Shown here piece by piece: positions 12,900 to 24,400 of a stretch of 64,000 nt of DNA. The notes beneath the pieces were generated by a model. It saw only the letters and a program-made list of their open reading frames with translations. It did no database searches and was not told the origin of the DNA. Position 1 is the stretch's first letter; each line of letters starts with the position of its first letter. The DNA is from Azolla caroliniana (Eukaryota > Plantae > Polypodiophyta). Where the stretch lies: NCBI GenBank assembly GCA_043228905.1, contig JBHGNT010000011.1:18414001-18478000 (forward strand), written 5' to 3'. Position numbers and translations under genes: made by a program.

Positions 12900-15800
12900 A
12901 GAGGGCTGCCAAGGCGTGGGGCCGCGACAGTCCGGACACCCCGGGAAAACCCCACACCTGTACGATAAAACCGAAGAAACCTTGTACCATAGGTAGGGAA
13001 TTTTTGTTCTCCGACAGCGGAGCGTGTACGATAGCCGGCATCGGCGGCCGAGAGAAGACAAAGGCGGAGGGGAGACTTCGAGCGTGCGGAGTTCTCGGCC
13101 CTGACGAGGAAATCAACGGAGCCGTGGAGGCGGTCTCATTCGACGACACCTTGGGAATGCTGGGAAAGGTAGTCGAAGAAGGCCTTAACGAAGACCGGAC
13201 GATACCGGTGTGTTCCGAGGAGATGTACGAAGTCATCGCGGACTTCGGTCGAGGGCTCGAGTCGGTTCGGACGGCCCACGTAAGCACCAAGTACAAGACT
13301 GTGGACCGGAAGGTAAGGCCAGTCGCGGCACCCTTACCGGAGGACAGCGCGTCGAGAATCAAAGGGGTTGCATCGGACCCTAGTCTACGAGATCCGGCCT
13401 GCATAGGACACACCTTCACCGACGAGACGCTCCGAGAGCTCAAAATCGGTGGGGGCGGGTCCCTACTGCCGGCGGAGGAAGACCGGTTTCGGAGAATGCT
13501 CGGAAGGCACGGGAAAGCCTTCGCATTCTCGCCGGAGGAAATCGGGTGCGTTGACCCGACGATCGTGGAGCCGATGGTGATATTCACGGTACCGCATGTA
13601 CCATGGAATCTCAAGCCAATCCCGGTTCCGAGAGCTCACATCCCGAAGTTGATGGAGCTGCTGAGGCAGAAAGTTGATATGGGAATTCTCGAGCCGTCGA
13701 GCGCCCCATATTCGAATCGATGGTTTACCGTACCAAAGAAAAACGGTTCGTTGCGCTTCATCCAGGACCTGCAGCCGGTCAATCGAGTGACCATTCGGAA
13801 CGCAGGGATCGGACCGACCATAGACGAGTTCGCGGAGGCCTTCGCCGGAAGGTCAATTTACTCGGTCGGGGATCTATACTCAGGGTACGACCAGTTCCAG
13901 CTAGCCGTGGAGAGCAGAGACATTACGACGATGCGAACTCCCCTCGGCCTAGTTCGGATGTGTACACTGCCGCAAGGAGGGACCAACTCGGTGGCCCACA
14001 TGGTGAATGCGATGAACAAGGTTCTGAGGGACTGTATCCCGGACATCACCATGCCGTTTCTGGACGACATCCCGATCAAGGGATGCCCGGTGGAAGAAAA
14101 GGACGAGACGATCGGGCCGGACGGATGCCGACGATTCGTGGCGACGCACATCGACGACTGCGAGAAGGTGCTGCAAAGGCTAGAGGATGCGAGACTCACC
14201 TTCTCCGGGGAGAAGTCGGCCTTCGGGCAGTCAGAAATCATGGTGGTCGGACACCTGTGCGGACCATATGGCCGGAAACCGTCTCCGGCAAAGGTAGAAG
14301 CCATCTCCGCGATGAAGCTCGACTGCAGCTCGGTCACGGAAGTACGGAGATTCCTGGGGGCATGCGCGTTCTACCACATATGGATCCCGCATTACGCACA
14401 CGTCGCGGAGCCACTGTACGGGTTGCTGAAAAAGGGGCGAAGGTTCGAATGGCTAGACGAGCACGCGGAATCGGTCCGGAAGCTGAAAGAGGCCCTTGCA
14501 GCGGCACCGGCACTCCGGAAGGCGGTATACGGGAAGGATACCCCGGTATTCATAACGGTGGATACCAGTCCGACCGGGATCGGATGGGTCGTGAACCAGG
14601 AAGACGAGGACGGCAATCGGTTTCCGATCCGATTCGGCGCGAAAGTCCTCAGTGAACGGCAGCAAGGATACGCCCAGGTTAAACGCGAACTCTGGGGTAT
14701 TGTTTCGGCGGTTAAGGCCGACAAAGACTACCTGATAGGGACAGAAGTGATCATCGAGACGGATTGCCTGCCGATTCTCGGTATGGTTTCCGGATGCGCG
14801 ACTCCGGATCTGGCGATGCTCAGGTGGATAGCGTACATCAAGTCCCTGGACCCGGAAATACGACACATTTCCGGGAAAGACAACGCCATGGCCGACATGC
14901 TTTCGAGGGCGAGGTTCGACGACGAGGGCGGCATGGTTTCGGAAGACGAAGAAGTCGGCGTGGATTTCTTCGAGGCGGCATACATAACGACCGACGGGAT
15001 GAGCACTCCGGCGCTTAATGAGTTCGACGCGAGCAAGTACGACGGGGAGTGGCTGCAGATCGGCGGGTTTTTGAAGACAATGACGCCCGATGCGTCATGG
15101 ACGAAGGACGAGGCCAACCGGATCCGGAAGAAAGCATATCGATTCTTTCTCCGAGATGGGCATTTGTGGAAGCACCCGAAGAAGAGGAACGGCGTCCCGC
15201 TCCGGGTGGTGGCGATGAAGGAAGAACAGGAGGAGCTACTGGCGGCCTACCACGACAGCCCTTGGGCTGGACACCGTGGAACGTGGGCGACATTTGAGAA
15301 GCTGAAGGGGAAGTACTGGTGGCCGGGATTGTACCAGGACGTGCATCGGTTCGTGACAACTTGCGAGAGCTGCCAGATGCACTCCATAGTCCGACATCGA
15401 GACGAGCTTCACCCTACGTACCCTCCGGCCATCCATTTCAAATGGATGGTGGATCTGGTGACGATGCCGATGGGGGTAGGACAGATGCGGTATCTGGTCC
15501 TAGCGCGGGAAGACCTGACGAACCAGGTGGAAGGCCGAGCCCTTCAGAACAAGACGACCGCGGCCGTGTGTCGGTTCCTGATCGAGGACGTGATATGCCG
15601 GTACGGGTGCGTCGGGAAGATCGTGGCTGACCGAGGGGAGTTGGACGCCGAGGAAGCCGCGGAGCTGTTCGATCGGCTGGGAGTCAAACTCTCGCTCACC
15701 ACTGCGTACAACCCGGAGGCGAATGGAAAGGTGGAGCGCGGACACGGGCCGATCGTTAAAGCGCTGGTTCGGGCATGCGGAGGCCAAGTCGGTAACTGGC

Positions 15801-16387
15801 CGCGACTTCTACCTTATGCTTTGTGGGCCGACCGGACTACGCACAGTTCGGTAACCGGGTACATGCCGACAGAGCTCATGTTCGGCCAGGGGCCGATCAT
15901 GCCGATGGAACGAACAATCTCCTCATGGGCAACGGTCGACTGGAGGGACGAGATGAGCCGGGAGGAGTTGTTGGCAGCGCGTATACGACAACTCGAACGG
16001 AGACCGGAGGACGTGGAGACGGCTGCAGAAAGGATCCGAGTGGCGAGGATAAAGAACAAAGCCAGGTTCGACCGAACGCACCGACTCCGACCGAAGAAGA
16101 TCGAACAAGGTGACTGGGTGCTCGTCTACGACAGCAGCCTCGACAACCAGCACCGAGCAACGCGGAAGTTCGCACGGAGATGGTTCGGGCCGTACACGGT
16201 ACAAAGCGCCAACGACAACGGGACGTATCATCTGGCGGAACTCGACGGTACGAGAATAGCGATACCCGTGGCCGGGAAGAGGATCAAAGCTTTCAAGAAG
16301 CGGCACGACGACGAACCCGACCTGATTCTCCTGGACAGCAGCGACGACCGATCCGAGGCCGAGGAAGGGCCGGCAGGCGAAGAGTAA
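12896..16387 (+). CDS. C1 Pol (RT, RNase H, integrase), entered by predicted -1 frameshift; ORF track start 13004
   Basis: DLYSGYDQF, LPQGGTNS, PFLDDI; TVDTSPTGIGW; HDSPWAGH...CESC; AYNPEANGKVERGH; WFGPY. The -1 frame is open from 12896. Confidence 0.93.
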   Translation, partial: LERAAKAWGRDSPDTPGKPHTCTIKPKKPCTIGREFLFSDSGACTIAGIGGREKTKAEGRLRACGVLGPDEEINGAVEAVSFDDTLGMLGKVVEEGLNEDRTIPVCSEEMYEVIADFGRGLESVRTAHVSTKYKTVDRKVRPVAAPLPEDSASRIKGVASDPSLRDPACIGHTFTDETLRELKIGGGGSLLPAEEDRFRRMLGRHGKAFAFSPEEIGCVDPTIVEPMVIFTVPHVPWNLKPIPVPRAHIPKLMELLRQKVDMGILEPSSAPYSNRWFTVPKKNGSLRFIQDLQPVNRVTIRNAGIGPTIDEFAEAFAGRSIYSVGDLYSGYDQFQLAVESRDITTMRTPLGLVRMCTLPQGGTNSVAHMVNAMNKVLRDCIPDITMPFLDDIPIKGCPVEEKDETIGPDGCRRFVATHIDDCEKVLQRLEDARLTFSGEKSAFGQSEIMVVGHLCGPYGRKPSPAKVEAISAMKLDCSSVTEVRRFLGACAFYHIWIPHYAHVAEPLYGLLKKGRRFEWLDEHAESVRKLKEALAAAPALRKAVYGKDTPVFITVDTSPTGIGWVVNQEDEDGNRFPIRFGAKVLSERQQGYAQVKRELWGIVSAVKADKDYLIGTEVIIETDCLPILGMVSGCATPDLAMLRWIAYIKSLDPEIRHISGKDNAMADMLSRARFDDEGGMVSEDEEVGVDFFEAAYITTDGMSTPALNEFDASKYDGEWLQIGGFLKTMTPDASWTKDEANRIRKKAYRFFLRDGHLWKHPKKRNGVPLRVVAMKEEQEELLAAYHDSPWAGHRGTWATFEKLKGKYWWPGLYQDVHRFVTTCESCQMHSIVRHRDELHPTYPPAIHFKWMVDLVTMPMGVGQMRYLVLAREDLTNQVEGRALQNKTTAAVCRFLIEDVICRYGCVGKIVADRGELDAEEAAELFDRLGVKLSLTTAYNPEANGKVERGHGPIVKALVRACGGQVGNWPRLLPYALWADRTTHSSVTGYMPTELMFGQGPIMPMERTISSWATVDWRDEMSREELLAARIRQLERRPEDVETAAERIRVARIKNKARFDRTHRLRPKKIEQGDWVLVYDSSLDNQHRATRKFARRWFGPYTVQSANDNGTYHLAELDGTRIAIPVAGKRIKAFKKRHDDEPDLILLDSSDDRSEAEEGPAGEE

Positions 16388-17161
16388 AGGCGGGCCGGTT
16401 TTCTCCGTGCCAACTTAATTTGGCGCATGCCGGTGGATGCGCGGTTAGGTGGGGGCGGATGTCGTGAAGAAAACCGCCCACAAGAGGAATCGGAGGAACA
16501 AGGCGTGGGAAACGGCTCTACACACACCCGCACGCCAAGAAGTACCTAAGGACGAAGTAGGTACATACGAGGATCCTAGGTGGGTAGATTCGGTTGGTAT
16601 GCAGTTAATGCCAAACGGCCTCTTGACGGGCTATAAAAGGAAGAGGAAGACTAGAAGTGGTGGTATCTCGCGCGGAGAGGTCGAAGTGCTGCCAAACCGA
16701 TTTCGGAGCTTCTCTCTCACTCCTGCCTTCTCTGTCTTCTGCTCCATCGCGTACCTGTGCAGGTTTCGAGGAGGCTTGCGCTGTTCCGTGGAACGCCCCG
16801 AGCGCGTCCTGCAGCACCTCCGACCTGTTTTCCCTTTCTGTGCGTCGCAACATACAGGGGTCGGCATCTGTTCGCCGCCCTGTTCGTTTTCGTTAGTATC
16901 TATTTCGTGCCCCACCGTGGGTTGTAATACTTTAGTCTGTTATTTTCTTGCATTCATAAGTACATATCTTTCGTTGTTGCGTCCATCTGCGTCGGCGTTT
17001 ATTTGTGATCTCTGTTTGTTGGGCCGTGTCCCTATGCAATCCTCGGTTCTGTGTAATCGGGTCTCTCTCTCTTACTCCTCTCTCTCCTGCTCTTCGGTCC
17101 AAGACCCCCGTGGTCCCTCCTCCTTTCTGCACGCAAGGGCGTAGCAACCCCCACAACGTGC

Positions 17162-17761
17162 AACAACTTGAACCAACTGTTGTGTCATTGCAACAATAGG
17201 GACCAAGCATTGAAGGGACCCCCAAAGAACCCAAGATCGGTCTTCTTATGAAGTTCGATGGAATGCAATCATAGTTTAGAGGATTTCTTAATCATGTAAG
17301 TTTGGTGATTCAAATGCATCCTTCTTGATATCCCACTGATGCATCACGAGTCGGACTAGTAGGCACGCTACTTAGTGGAACAACTTTGGCATGGTTCGCC
17401 CCTTTGTTAGAAAAAAGCTCTCATTTGTTAAATAATTTTGAGGAGTTTATCAGTGAGTTTAAACAACTTGAACCAACTATTGTGTCATTGCAACAACAGG
17501 GACCAAGCACTGAAGGGACCCCCAAAGAACCCAAGATCAGTCTTCTTATGAAGTTTGATGGAATGCAATCATAGTTTAGAGGATTTCTTAATCATGTAAG
17601 TTTGGTGATTCAAATGCATCCTTCTCGATATCCCACCAATGCATCACGAGTGGGACTAGTAGGCACGCTACTTAGTGGCACAACTTTGGCATGGTTCACC
17701 CTTGTGTTAGAAAAAGGCTCTCCTTTGTTAAATAATTTTGAGGAGTTTATTAGTGAGTTTA
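17162..17761 (+). repeat. 300-bp tandem duplication inside element A gag
   Basis: AACAACTTGAACCAACT...AGTGAGTTTA repeats with period 300 and scattered substitutions. Confidence 0.9.
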
Positions 17762-18299
17762 AAGCATGTTTTGGAGATACCGATAGCATTAGGACAACAA
17801 TCAACAAAATCCGAAGATTGCGTTGTCGTGAAGATTTTCGGCAATAGTGTGAAAATCCCATAAAACGTACGAAATCGAGTATGAATCACATAGTACAATA
17901 ATTGTGAAGATAACATTTTAAATAGATTTAATATCTAAGTACAAAATGATGGAGGTTTCGAATGCACTTTATTACACGAGAAACGGACAACTAAATGTCA
18001 AGATATGAGGGTATAAAGTTTGTGAAAGGAAAAGAGAAAATTGTGAGATATCCCACATAGGTACGACATATACAACTCTCATCATATATAAGGTGGAGCA
18101 AAAGATATTATCTTTGTGTCTATGTGTGGAGCATAGAGAGTTCAAGGTAACTTGAATTAAGAATGGAGGTGGGATAACTACTCGTAAAGGGTTTTGGCCA
18201 ACCAAAACCGGACCGACGATGGAGCCGGTGATCCGACGGCAATCCGGTGATGGTATCCGGCGAACCGGCGTCCGACGACTAGATAATACAAGGAGGGCA

Positions 18300-18361
18300 A
18301 GTAAGGATTCAAACCTTGCACCTCCAAGTTAGGAGTCAATTGGCTTACCATTAAGCCATGC
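18300..18361 (-). promoter_or_regulatory. tRNA-like Pol III A-box/B-box cassette in the D LTR (also about 25609-25670)
   Basis: Minus strand TGGCTTAATGGTAAGC...GAGGTGCAAGGTTTGAATCCTT. Confidence 0.6.
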
Positions 18362-18883
18362 TATTTAGTTGAAATTATATTTCTATCATTGTACTTTTAC
18401 ATGTAAATTCTCATACATGAGAGCTAAAATGAGTGACATGGTTATCATGCACCACATGTAAAACATAAGCGCCAAATGGCAAACATGCAATGTATGCATG
18501 TCTTGTACCCTCACATGCATCATATGCATAAGAGCATCTATAAAAGAGGGAAGGGGGAGGAGAAAAAACACGGTTTTTTTTTATTATGAAATTAAGAAGA
18601 AGAAATTCGTTATCAAATTGATGGTGTAACTTGTTTCTTAAATCCAAAGATAAAAAGTTCAATCGATCTTTCTCAATCGTTTAATCTCAACTTCTCTCTT
18701 TCCCAATCTATCTTAAGTACTTTCTCACCAAAGCTTGTATCGACTCTAAATCCTTCTGGTTCAGAACCCCGGCGGTTCCGCCTCACGATCCGCGCGTAGT
18801 GACGGATCTTCACGACATAATTAAGTGGTGAACCCGACGTGAAAGAGGCGGTAGGAAGGATCAAGTCGAGATTAATACTTGGA

Positions 18884-20169
18884 GATGGCGTCCTCAAGCA
18901 ACCAAGCAGGAGAGATCGAAAGGATGATGCTAATTGTCGAGCAAATGATGAGATCTCGGGACAACGAAGCGAGCGTGGAGAAGGCTGTCGATCGTGTCGT
19001 AGAGCTCGAGGGCCAATTCGATGGAAGGAACGTTACGAAGTTCCTTGATGCATATAGAAGGGAGATGAATCAGAGGGACGTGTCCGAGGCACGTCAAATC
19101 GTAAGCTTCAAGAGAGTTGTCGCCAACAACATCCAAAGACGCGTCATCGAGCTTCAAGAAGGTAAGACAACATGGTCCGAGTTCGAGAAAACGATACTAG
19201 CGGAGTTCGTGACTGAAGACTCAACGAGGATGACTCGACATGCCTTGATGAAGTGGATAGAGAAGAAGAATAAGAAGATGAGCGTCTCGAGGGTGTACGA
19301 CGAATTCGACCATATGTTTAGTCGTCTCCCCAATACGGACCAAGTGTTGCTTGAAGAGGACAAGACTTTGTACTTCTTGAAGGCCGTGGACATAAAGGAT
19401 AGACGGGAGTTGGGGACTCTTCTCGAAGATGATACCCAAGCAAATGGGCTCGTAGTGGACTGGATCGTGGTGAAGCGGGCATGCAATAGGCTCGACAAGC
19501 GTCGCCAATGGGTTGATGACACTGACTTGACAGCATCAACTACCACGGAGAAAGCAAGACCGCCGAAAGTAGCTGAGCCGCCAAGACAAAGTAACGTGGA
19601 AGAAAAGAAGATTGATGACGACATCATTGAAGAGCTAGCGAAGAAGTTCGAGAAGGTCACGCTAGCCAACATGAATCGTCGGGGGCCTAAAGGAAAAGAA
19701 CCCTTTAGATGCGTGTGGTGCGATAGCATGGACCACATGAGAAGGGATTGTGCGAGCCTTCGAGAGGCGATTCGACAAAATATCGTATACATAGAGGACA
19801 ACATGATCTGCTCAAGCGAGACTAGAAGACCTTTTGAGCAGCAAGCTCAACCGGAGCCGGATCGGCTGAATAAGCCAGAGCCGGTAAGCGAGACGGATCG
19901 GGCGAAACGGATCGGTATGACGGTGAGCAACCGAACCGGCAAGTAGTGGAGGCCGGGTGCAATCCGTAACCGGAAGTCCAATTGGATGCCTAGTATAGGA
20001 TAGACTACTAGGTAGCTATAGTCTCGTAGTAAGTGTCAGATGATCGTGTGAGCATTGAAGTACATGGTACTTCTGTCAGTCCCAAGAGGACTTGTATAAA
20101 TAGTGCTACTTAGCACAGTGTGTATACAGTGTCTTGACATAATTTTGAAATTGTGTTCTGCTCTCTCTG

Positions 20170-20200
<31 letters not shown>

Positions 20201-21499
20201 GTGTGTTGTTCTCTGTTTTACGCTTCCGCAAACACTTACGTTTACAAGACCCCTACGGGTGAATTTCGGAAGAGGAGGAATGAAGAAATCTATGGAGGAT
20301 GCTGATGCGACTCATGTGGATGCGATGCACTATGCTGCGTCGGCCGGAATAAGAGTCGGGAAAGACAAGACTGAAGCTGCTAGAGCGGGAGCAAAGTTTT
20401 GGACTTCCGTTCTCGAATATGAGAAGAAGGAAAAAGTCACATCGAACGAGGTAGAGCTTGCGGACCGAAGCGTGCAAAGCATAACCGGGTGGTCGGATCC
20501 GGTGGACGACAACACCATACTCACAGAGGTGATGTGCGACAACCACGAGGTGTTCGTCGAAGAAAAGAGAAAGAGAATAGAAGAGCAAGGCCCATCAAAA
20601 AGACATGAAACAAGGAACGCGAAAAAGAAGGACGATGCGGAGACGAGTCGACCTTCACAAACGAAGGAACGAGAATCAAGCCGAAAAGGGGAGCCGAGCA
20701 TACGAGTTGAAGAAACGGTTCGGCCCGTGAAGGTTGGTGTCGAAGACCCCGCTTGGAGGACAAGGACTATACCTACCTATAAGCTAAGGTCGGACATAGA
20801 GAAGACGACGGACCTAAAGAAGATTCTCGAAGAACGAGTTCTTGATAGCCACGTAACTTTGTCCTTGAGGGAATTGCTTGGCATTACGAAGGAGTTCCAT
20901 GACACGATTGTGGACCTTGTAAAGAGAAAGAGACAACAATCGGACGAGGAAGAAGAGATGCCGCAAAAAGCAAAAACGAATGCCATAACGATGGCAAGAG
21001 ACGAAATCGATGAAGATATGGTGGACAGCCACTACACTCGACCTCATTGGGTACGAGCGACAACGGAGACGCCGGTGAAGATCGGGGAGAGGAAAGAGAC
21101 CGTGGTAGCCTTGATCGACCACGGCTCGGAGATCAACCTCATGTCAACCGACTTCTACAAAAAAGGAAGATGGCCAATCAATACAAACCACGGATGGAAG
21201 ATTCGCGCGGCAACAAAGTCTACGGAGGATTTGTACGGAGCTTGTCCCAATGTCAAAGTCACGATCGGGGATGTGGAGATGGATCAACACTTCTTCGTAC
21301 AAGAATCGGCGTCGTATCCTGTCATCCTAGGGAAACCTTATATCACATCATCTCGGATGGAGACCAAAGTGTTCGATAATGGAGCAGCCTTCGCACGAAT
21401 AAAGAGTCTTGACAACCAAAGATCGGTCCAATTCCTAATGGTGCGAGCCAATCATGAAAGGAATCGAGATAGTCTCGGGGCGAATCCTCGGATTTTTAG
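18884..21499 (+). pseudogene. D Gag-protease, split by a solo LTR
   Basis: CVWCDSMDHMRRDC; ALIDHGSEINLM; SSETRR|PLRVNF rejoins after removing 19832-20246 and one TSD. Confidence 0.88.
19832..20246 (+). mobile_element. Probable solo LTR (415 bp) inserted in D gag
   Basis: 5-bp TSD AGACC at 19827-19831 and 20247-20251; ends TTTACA; TATAAATA near 20095 then a (CT)n tract. Starts TT rather than TG. Confidence 0.7.
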
Positions 21500-24400
21500 A
21501 GGGGACTATTGAAGCATGGGGCACAAATAGTCCGAGCAATCACAAGACCCCACAAGAAAGAAGCTTGTGTGGATTGTGAGGAGAAGCAACATGTGTCACA
21601 CCTAGTGGCGCATGTAAACTAGTACTACCCGACAAGAAGCACAAGCGCCGGATACAAGAATTCGAGAAGATGCTGAAAGAAGAGAACATAATAGAAGAAG
21701 GAGAGTTTGTGACTCATATTATGGAAGAAGCCTCATTTAACGACACCATCGGCGAAATCGAGGACGTCGTGGACTTGAGCTATCTTCACAACCAACGCGT
21801 GATTTCGGTTAACTCCGTCAACATGTACGCTATCATCGATGAATACCGTCGTGGCATCTCGATGAAGGAAGCTGACATCAACACAAAATATAAAACGGTG
21901 GATAAGAAGATCAAGCCAGTTGCGGTTCCGCTACCGGAAGATAGCTGGCAAAAGATGAAGGAAGTCGCTAACGATCCAAGCTTAAGAGATCTGAAGAAGA
22001 TAGGTCATGTCTTCACCAAAGAGACGAAGGGGAAGCTACGAGTTGGAAAGGAGTATTTCCTTCTCCCTGAAGAGGAGCGAATGTTTCGCGATATGCTTGA
22101 GAGACATGGGAAGGCTTTCGCATTCTTCCCACGAGAAATCGGATGCGCCGACCCAAAGGTTATAGAGCTGATGGTGATCTTCACGGTGCCTCATGTGCCT
22201 TTGAATTTGAAACCGATACCGGTTCCGAGAGCACACCTTCCGAAGCTGATCGAGCTCTTAAAGGAGAAGGTGAGTATGGGAATTCTAGAACCGTCGAATG
22301 CTCCTTATTCCAATAGGTGGTTCACGGTGCTGAAGAAGAATGGATCATTGCGATTCATCCAAGATCTTCAACCCGTCAACAAGGTGACAATTCGAAATGC
22401 CGGAATCGGTCCGAGCGTGGACGAATTTGCCGAAGCGTTTGCGGGCCGGTCCATCTACTCCATTGGCGATCTCTACTCCGGATATGACCAATTCCAATTG
22501 GCGATCGATAGTCGGGACATTACAACCATGAGGACTCCGATCGGGCTTGTGCGGATGTGTACCTTACCCCAAGGCGCAACGAACTCGGTGGCTCATATGG
22601 TGAATGCCATGAATAAAGTCTTGAAGGATTGCATTCCGGACATCACGATGCCATTCTTGGATGATATTCCGATAAAAGGATGTTCGGATGAGGAGAAAGA
22701 TGAATCGAAAGATAAGGAAGGTTGTAGAAAGTTCGTTGCGGATCATATGAAAGATTGCAAGAAGGTGCTTCAAAGGCTCGAAGATGCGAATTTGACATTT
22801 TCGGGAGAAAAATCCGCATTCGGGCAACCGGAGATCTTGGTGGTAGGTCACTTGTGTGGAGCATACGGCTGGAAGCCCTCGCCATCCAAAGTGAACGCAA
22901 TCCAAGACATGAAAGAAGAATGCGAAAACCAAACGGAGGTTCGAAAGTTACTTGGAGCGTGCGCGTTTTATCATATATGGATTCCTCACTACGCTCATGT
23001 CGCCGAACCGTTATATGGACTACTAAAGAAAAGAATAAAGTTTGAATGGCGAGACGAGCACATAGAGGCGATGCGAAGATTAAAGAAACTGTTTCTTGAA
23101 GCTCCGGCACTAAGGAAGGCCGACTATGCCGAAGGGAAACCAATTTACGTGACCGTAGATACGAGCCCAACCGGAATCGGGTGGGTCATCAATCAAGAAG
23201 GTGAAGATAATGCGCGATATGCCGTCCGGTTCGGAGCAAAGGTTCTCAGCGAACGGCAACAAAGATATGCCCAAGTCAAGCGGGAACTTTGGGGTATTGT
23301 GTCGGCAGTGAAGACGGACAAAGATTACCTGATCAGGTCAGAAGTGATAATAGAGACAGATTGTCTCCCAATTCTCGGAATGGTCTCGGGATGTGCGACC
23401 CCAGATCTTGCTATGCTAAGGTGGATCGCCTACATCAAGTCTTTAAACCCAGAGATCCGTCACATTGCAGGGAAGAAGAACGCCATGGCTAACATGCTGT
23501 CAAGGGCAATATTTTCAAATGAAAGTAACATGGTTTCGGAAGATGAAGATGTCGCCCTCGACTTCTTCAAGATGGCTCGATTGTCAGCGGAAGACCAGGA
23601 CACACAAACCCTCCACGCCTTCAAAGAGAACGAGTACGAAGGAGAGTGGTTACTCATCGGTAGATTCCTAAGAACATTGACGGCAGATGCTTCGTTGACA
23701 AAGGAGGAGGCCCTACGAATCCGAAAGAAAGCTTACCGATACTTCTTGAAGGGAGGATTCCTTTGGTGACATCCAAAAAGAAGGACAAGAATACCACGTC
23801 GAGTGGTGGTAAAGAAAGAAGAGCAAGAGACGCTGATGACCGAATTCTACGAGAGTGCTTGGGCAGGTCATAGAGGAACATGGGCGACGTTCGAAAAGTT
23901 GAAGGAGAAGTACTGGTGGCCAAGCATGTATAAAGATGTACTCCATTTCATGTCCATATGCGATACTTGCCAAGTATATTCAAATATACGTCATCGTGAT
24001 GAGTTAAAGCCGACATACCCACTCACCATACACTTCAAATGGATGGTGGATCTGGTCTCGATGCCAATGGGAGTGGGACAAATGAAGTACTTAGCGCTGG
24101 CAAGGGAAGACTTGACAAATCAAGTGGAAGGACGAGCCTTGACAAATAAGACGACTTCAGTCGTTTGCAAATTTCTACTTGAAGATGTTGTTTGCCGATA
24201 TGGATGTGTAGGGAAGATAGTGGCCGACTGAGGGGAGTTGGATGCGCACGAAGCGACGGAGCTCTTCGAAAGACTAGGCGTGAAGCTCTCCCTCACGACT
24301 GCCTACAATCCGGAAGCAAATGGGAAGATCGAGCGAGGGCATGGACCTATCGTTAAAGCCATCGTACGGGCATGCAACGGTCGAGTCGGGAATTGGCCAC

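Larger units (their letters stand above)
10034..17155 (+). mobile_element. Element C1: intact GC-rich Ty3/gypsy retrotransposon without chromodomain, 7122 bp
   Basis: 696-bp LTRs 10034-10729 and 16460-17155; PBS TGGTGAACCCGACGTGAA 10733-10750 (complement of plant tRNA-Trp 3' end); TSD ACGT at 10030-10033 and 17156-17159; two intact ORFs. Confidence 0.97.

Noticed and set aside
10179-16915. Many antisense and alternate-frame ORFs over C1, C2, D and E
   Set aside because: Expected shadow ORFs in GC-rich, stop-poor coding DNA; no recognisable domains.
18300-18361. Functional tRNA genes in the LTRs
   Set aside because: Acceptor and anticodon stems do not pair; reported only as tRNA-like promoter cassettes.
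20103-20250. Hydrophobic signal-peptide-like start of the 469-aa ORF
   Set aside because: Translation of the solo LTR and its (CT)n tract fused to the D gag remainder.
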